Shown here in pieces: positions 60,365 through 64,000 of a stretch of 64,000 nucleotides of DNA. Both the position numbers and the translations under genes were made by a program. The first letter of the stretch is position 1. Each line of letters starts with the position of its first letter. The stretch is from Chiloscyllium plagiosum (lineage: Eukaryota), in NCBI RefSeq assembly GCF_004010195.1, contig NC_057749.1, forward strand, positions 23,241,375 to 23,305,374, in the 5' to 3' direction. Below the pieces are notes generated by a model. That model saw nothing but the letters and a program-made list of their open reading frames with translations, was not told the origin of the DNA and did not search any database.

Positions 60365-61250
60365 CCATTCAGTTCCTTAGGTCTACTGCACCATTTAACA
60401 CAATCATAATTGATCTGATTGTTGCCTTAACCATTTTCCTGCCTGTTCCCCATGAACCCTTACCTCCCTTAGCGATCAGTAGTCTAACTTAGCCTTGAAT
60501 ACATTCAATGGCCCAGCTTCCATTGTTCCCTGATTCCAACAAACTAACAACCCCCGAGAAAGCAATTTGCTCTTTATTTCCATGGGAGACTCCCTTTGTG
60601 AAGAAATTGCTCCCTATTCTAGATCCCTCAACAGTAGAATCATTCTTTCAGCTGTACCACGTGAAACCCCTCAGAATCTTATATGTTTCAATAAGATCAC
60701 CTCTCATGCTCCTGAACACCAACAAGTCGACCCAAACCACTCAATCCTTCCTCATAAAAATCTCACCTCCATCTCAGGATTCAGCCGAGTGAATCTGCTT
60801 CCAATATAAGTGTATATCTCCCTAGATGAGGAGACTAAAACTGTAACCAATACCCCAGGCATGGTCTCCCCAATTCTTTGCACAGTTATTAGCAAAACTG
60901 TCCTATCTTTACACTTCACAACCTCCCCCCCTCTCCCCTTGCAATACAACCCAACGTTTAACTTTCCTTCCAAATTGATTGATGTACCTGCATCTTAACC
61001 TTTATGATTGGAATACAAGGACATGCAGATTCCTCCAGACTGCAACAACTTCTCTCTGTTTAAATATAATTCTGATTTTTTTTATTCTTCCTGCCAAAGT
61101 GGATGACTTCACATTTCCCGACACGATAATCCATCTGCCAAATCTTATGCCCATTCACTTAAACTTTATTTTGAATTTGAAGATTCTTTTTATCTGTCAG
61201 ACAACTTGCTCTCCCACCTATCTACGTGTCATCACCAAATTTGGCCATAA
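60365..61250 (-). mobile_element. Decayed CR1 RT and 3' region
   Basis: Minus CCAAATTTGGTGATGACACG (KFGDDT), AAATGTGAAGTCATCCACTTTGG (KCEVIHFG). Confidence 0.75.
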
Positions 61251-61464
61251 TGCAGCTAGCTAAAATAGAGTACAATACAGAAATGAGAAGCTTAGCTACA
61301 CCAAAGACCAACATTTCAGATTGGGAAACATTAGGTGATGTCCAAATCCTAGAGATGATCAATGAGATACAAACCAAAGCACCTCATGAGACAGAAGATT
61401 GTCAAAGAATCCAGTTCAGCCATAACACGAGTTTGACTCAAGTTAGTGGCAGTATAAAGGAAGG

Positions 61465-61765
61465 TGATGGCCTTGTGGTATTATCACGGGACTACTAATC
61501 CAGGGATTTGAGCAATGCTCTGGGGTTCAAATCCTGCCATGGCAGATTTTGGAATTTGAATTCAATGGCAAAGAAATCTGGAATTAAGAATCTAATGGCG
61601 ACCATGAATCCATTGTTGGAAAAACCCATAATGCCTTTTAGGGAAGGAAACTGCCATCCTTACCTGGTCTGGCCTACATGTGACTCCAGACCCACAGAAT
61701 GTGGGTGACTTTTAATTCTGGGGTGAGCAATAAATGCTGCCTAGCCAGCAACACGTAAAATAAAA
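61465..61765 (+). mobile_element. tRNA-derived SINE with L2/Crack-like tail
   Basis: GGCCTTGTGGTATT A-box-like, GGGTTCAAATCC B box, GCAATAAATGCTG tail. Confidence 0.65.
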
Positions 61766-62227
61766 TGTATACATGTTAGAAGTGACATTTACTCATACAT
61801 AGGGACCTATATGCTGCTTTTGAAAGAAATTTGCTCGAGCATTATTTGAATTGCAAGTTAGCTTGGGTAGCCTAATGTTTCATGTTGCTTTCTCCATGGT
61901 AACACCTCAGCCAATCAGTCAACTTGCCAACCAATCAGCATCCTTTTTTCCTTTCGTGGACATTATTTTGATGTTTTGAAATCTGGCATTCTTACATTTG
62001 CCCTGAGGAGTGCAAGCTGGAAACTTCAGCAAGTTGTCTCCCTTTTCAGCAATATACAGCAAACAGACGAAGAAGCAAAGAAGTTTTTAACCTACGTGGG
62101 TTCAGAGTTGAATGTTGACCAGGATACAACAGAAAACCCTTTTACTCTTCTGCAAAATGGTGCTGTGGGATTTCCATTCAAAACGGCAGGTGGAATGACA
62201 ATCCAAAGGTGGATAGGCAGGAACATT

Positions 62228-63105
62228 AGTCATAGAGTCATACAGCATGGAAACAGACCCTTCAGTCTAACCAGTATTTACCTAAACGTCTTTTAAATGT
62301 TGTAACTGTGCCCGTTTCCACCACTTCCTCTGGAAGTTCATTCCACCTCTGTGTTAAAAAAAATCACCTCTCATACCTTTTTGAAATCTTTCATCTCTCA
62401 CCTTAAAAATATGCCCTTTAGCCTTGAAATCCCTCACCCTAGGGAAAAGTCACCTGCCATTCACCTTATACATACCCCTAATGATTTTGTAAACCTCTGT
62501 ACGGTCACCTCTGAACCCCCTACACCCCAGTGAAACATTTCCCAGCCTATCCAGCCTCTCCTTATCACTCAAACCCTCCATTCCCAGCAACATCCTGGTA
62601 AACCTCTTCTGAACCCCCTCCAGCTTAACCCCCTCCAGGGAGACCAGAACTGGACACAGTACTCCAGAGAGGCGTCGCTAACAACCTCGACCTAACACCC
62701 CAATTCCTATATCAAAGGACTAAGCAATGAAGGCAAGCTTGTTAAATGCCTTTGTAACCACCTTGCCTATATATGACGCAAACTTCAAAGAATTATGCGC
62801 CTGAACCCCTCGGTCTCTCTGTTTTACGATACTACCCAGGGCGCTACTTTTTATTGTTTTTGTTTGTTTTTTTACCAAAATGCAATACCTCACATTTATC
62901 CAAATTAAACTCTATCTGCCACTCTTCAACCCACTGACCCAATTGATCAAGATTTCTTTGTAATCCTATATAACCTCCTTCACTGTCCACTAAAGCATCA
63001 ATCGTGGTATTGTCCTCAAATTTACTAACCATGTCTCTTATATTCTCATCTAAATCAAATACATAAATGACTAACAAACGTGGACCCAGCGCCAATCCCT
63101 GTGGT
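62228..63105 (-). mobile_element. CR1/HER1 RT and 3' region
   Basis: PQGLALGPRLLVIYV, SKFEDNT, LQRNLDQLGQWVEEWQIEFNLDKCEVLHFG; AGTCATAGAGTCATA end. Confidence 0.9.
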
Positions 63106-63399
63106 GTTAGCAGTATGGGAGTGGAAAGGCAACACTTTCTCAAGTTGTTACAATTGGAGATATATAATAGAGGCAACATTTTGGAGGAAAATGCTTTCTG
63201 TCCTGCAGACTGCTTGGATACACCTGCTAATAAAATTTAGATCTACCTAGTGGATAGCCTGTATTGCTGTTCATGATGAGGTAGAGGACATTTCATAACA
63301 ATGGATGGTGGAGAAAACAAGTCATCATTTACAGGAAGTTTGCAAGTGATCTGACATGGGGCAAACAAGTAAGTGGCATCATCTTTTTGATTGTCTCAA

Positions 63400-63910
63400 G
63401 ACTAAGATATAGGAGCAGAATTAGGCTATTCAGCCCATTGAGTCTGTTCCGCCTTTCAATCATAGCTGATAGGGTCTTGATTAGTTAGGTGATCAAGAGT
63501 TACAGGGAGAAAACTGAAGAATATGCTTGAGAAACCTATCTATCTCTGTCTTAAATACACTCAGTGACTCAGCCTTCACAGTTTTCTGCAGCAATGTGAT
63601 TCACAATTTCCCCACTCTCTGACTGAAGAAATTCCTCCTCATCACAGTGCTACAGGATTGTCCCTTCGCTCTGAGGCTGTGCCCTTAGATCCTAGTCTCT
63701 CCTACTAGTAAAAACATCCTCTCCATGTCCACTCCATTCAGGCCTCTCAATTTTCTGGAAGTTTCAATGAGATACCCCCCTCATCCTTCTAAACTCCATT
63801 GAGTACAGACCCAAAGTCCTCAACAGCTCCTCATATGACAAGCTGTTCACTCCCAGGATCATTCTTGTAAACCTCTTCTGGACCTCCCTCCAAGCCCAGT
63901 AGATCCTTCT
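63400..63910 (-). mobile_element. CR1 3' part with internal micro-inversion
   Basis: Colinear with the 13120-13370 family except 63468-63540, which is in the opposite orientation. Confidence 0.75.
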
Positions 63911-64000
63911 GTCTGAAACTGTGTCCTCAGACCTTATACTCTCCTATCAGTGGAAATGTCTCCAACTCCAATCTTTCCAGGCCTCTGCAAAGGATACTGA

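Noticed and set aside
61226..62296. ORFs 61226-61498 and 61976-62296 as possible host exons
   Set aside because: They run across CR1, SINE and PLE-like fragments, with no recognisable domain or splice frame.

Overview
Eukaryotic, repeat-saturated DNA with no supportable host protein-coding exon, so probably intronic or intergenic. The repeat complement (about 19 HE1-type V-SINEs sharing 3' tails with HER1/CR1 LINEs, Deu-type SINEs, Penelope-like elements) points to a cartilaginous fish, probably a shark. All recognisable ORFs are decayed transposon fragments: CR1, L2/Crack-like, RTE, Rex-Babar, Tx1, Penelope GIY-YIG, Ty3/Gypsy gag-protease and a probable Harbinger Myb/SANT gene. The most interesting signal is a dense population (roughly 20 copies, 3-4 families) of minimal hammerhead-ribozyme motifs, CUGANGA-A-stemII-GAAA with a palindromic ACGU/AGCU mini stem III, in Penelope terminal repeats. 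Many lie in short (130-700 bp) non-coding, often fold-back, insertions bounded by 13-17 bp target-site duplications, and one encloses a Pol III SINE. Other points: an old ~550 bp inverted duplication, a 74-bp duplication around a 71-bp LINE tail, solo LTRs with a nested MITE, and a non-autonomous YY1-headed element with a minisatellite. Family assignments come from motif recognition by eye; boundaries of decayed repeats are approximate.
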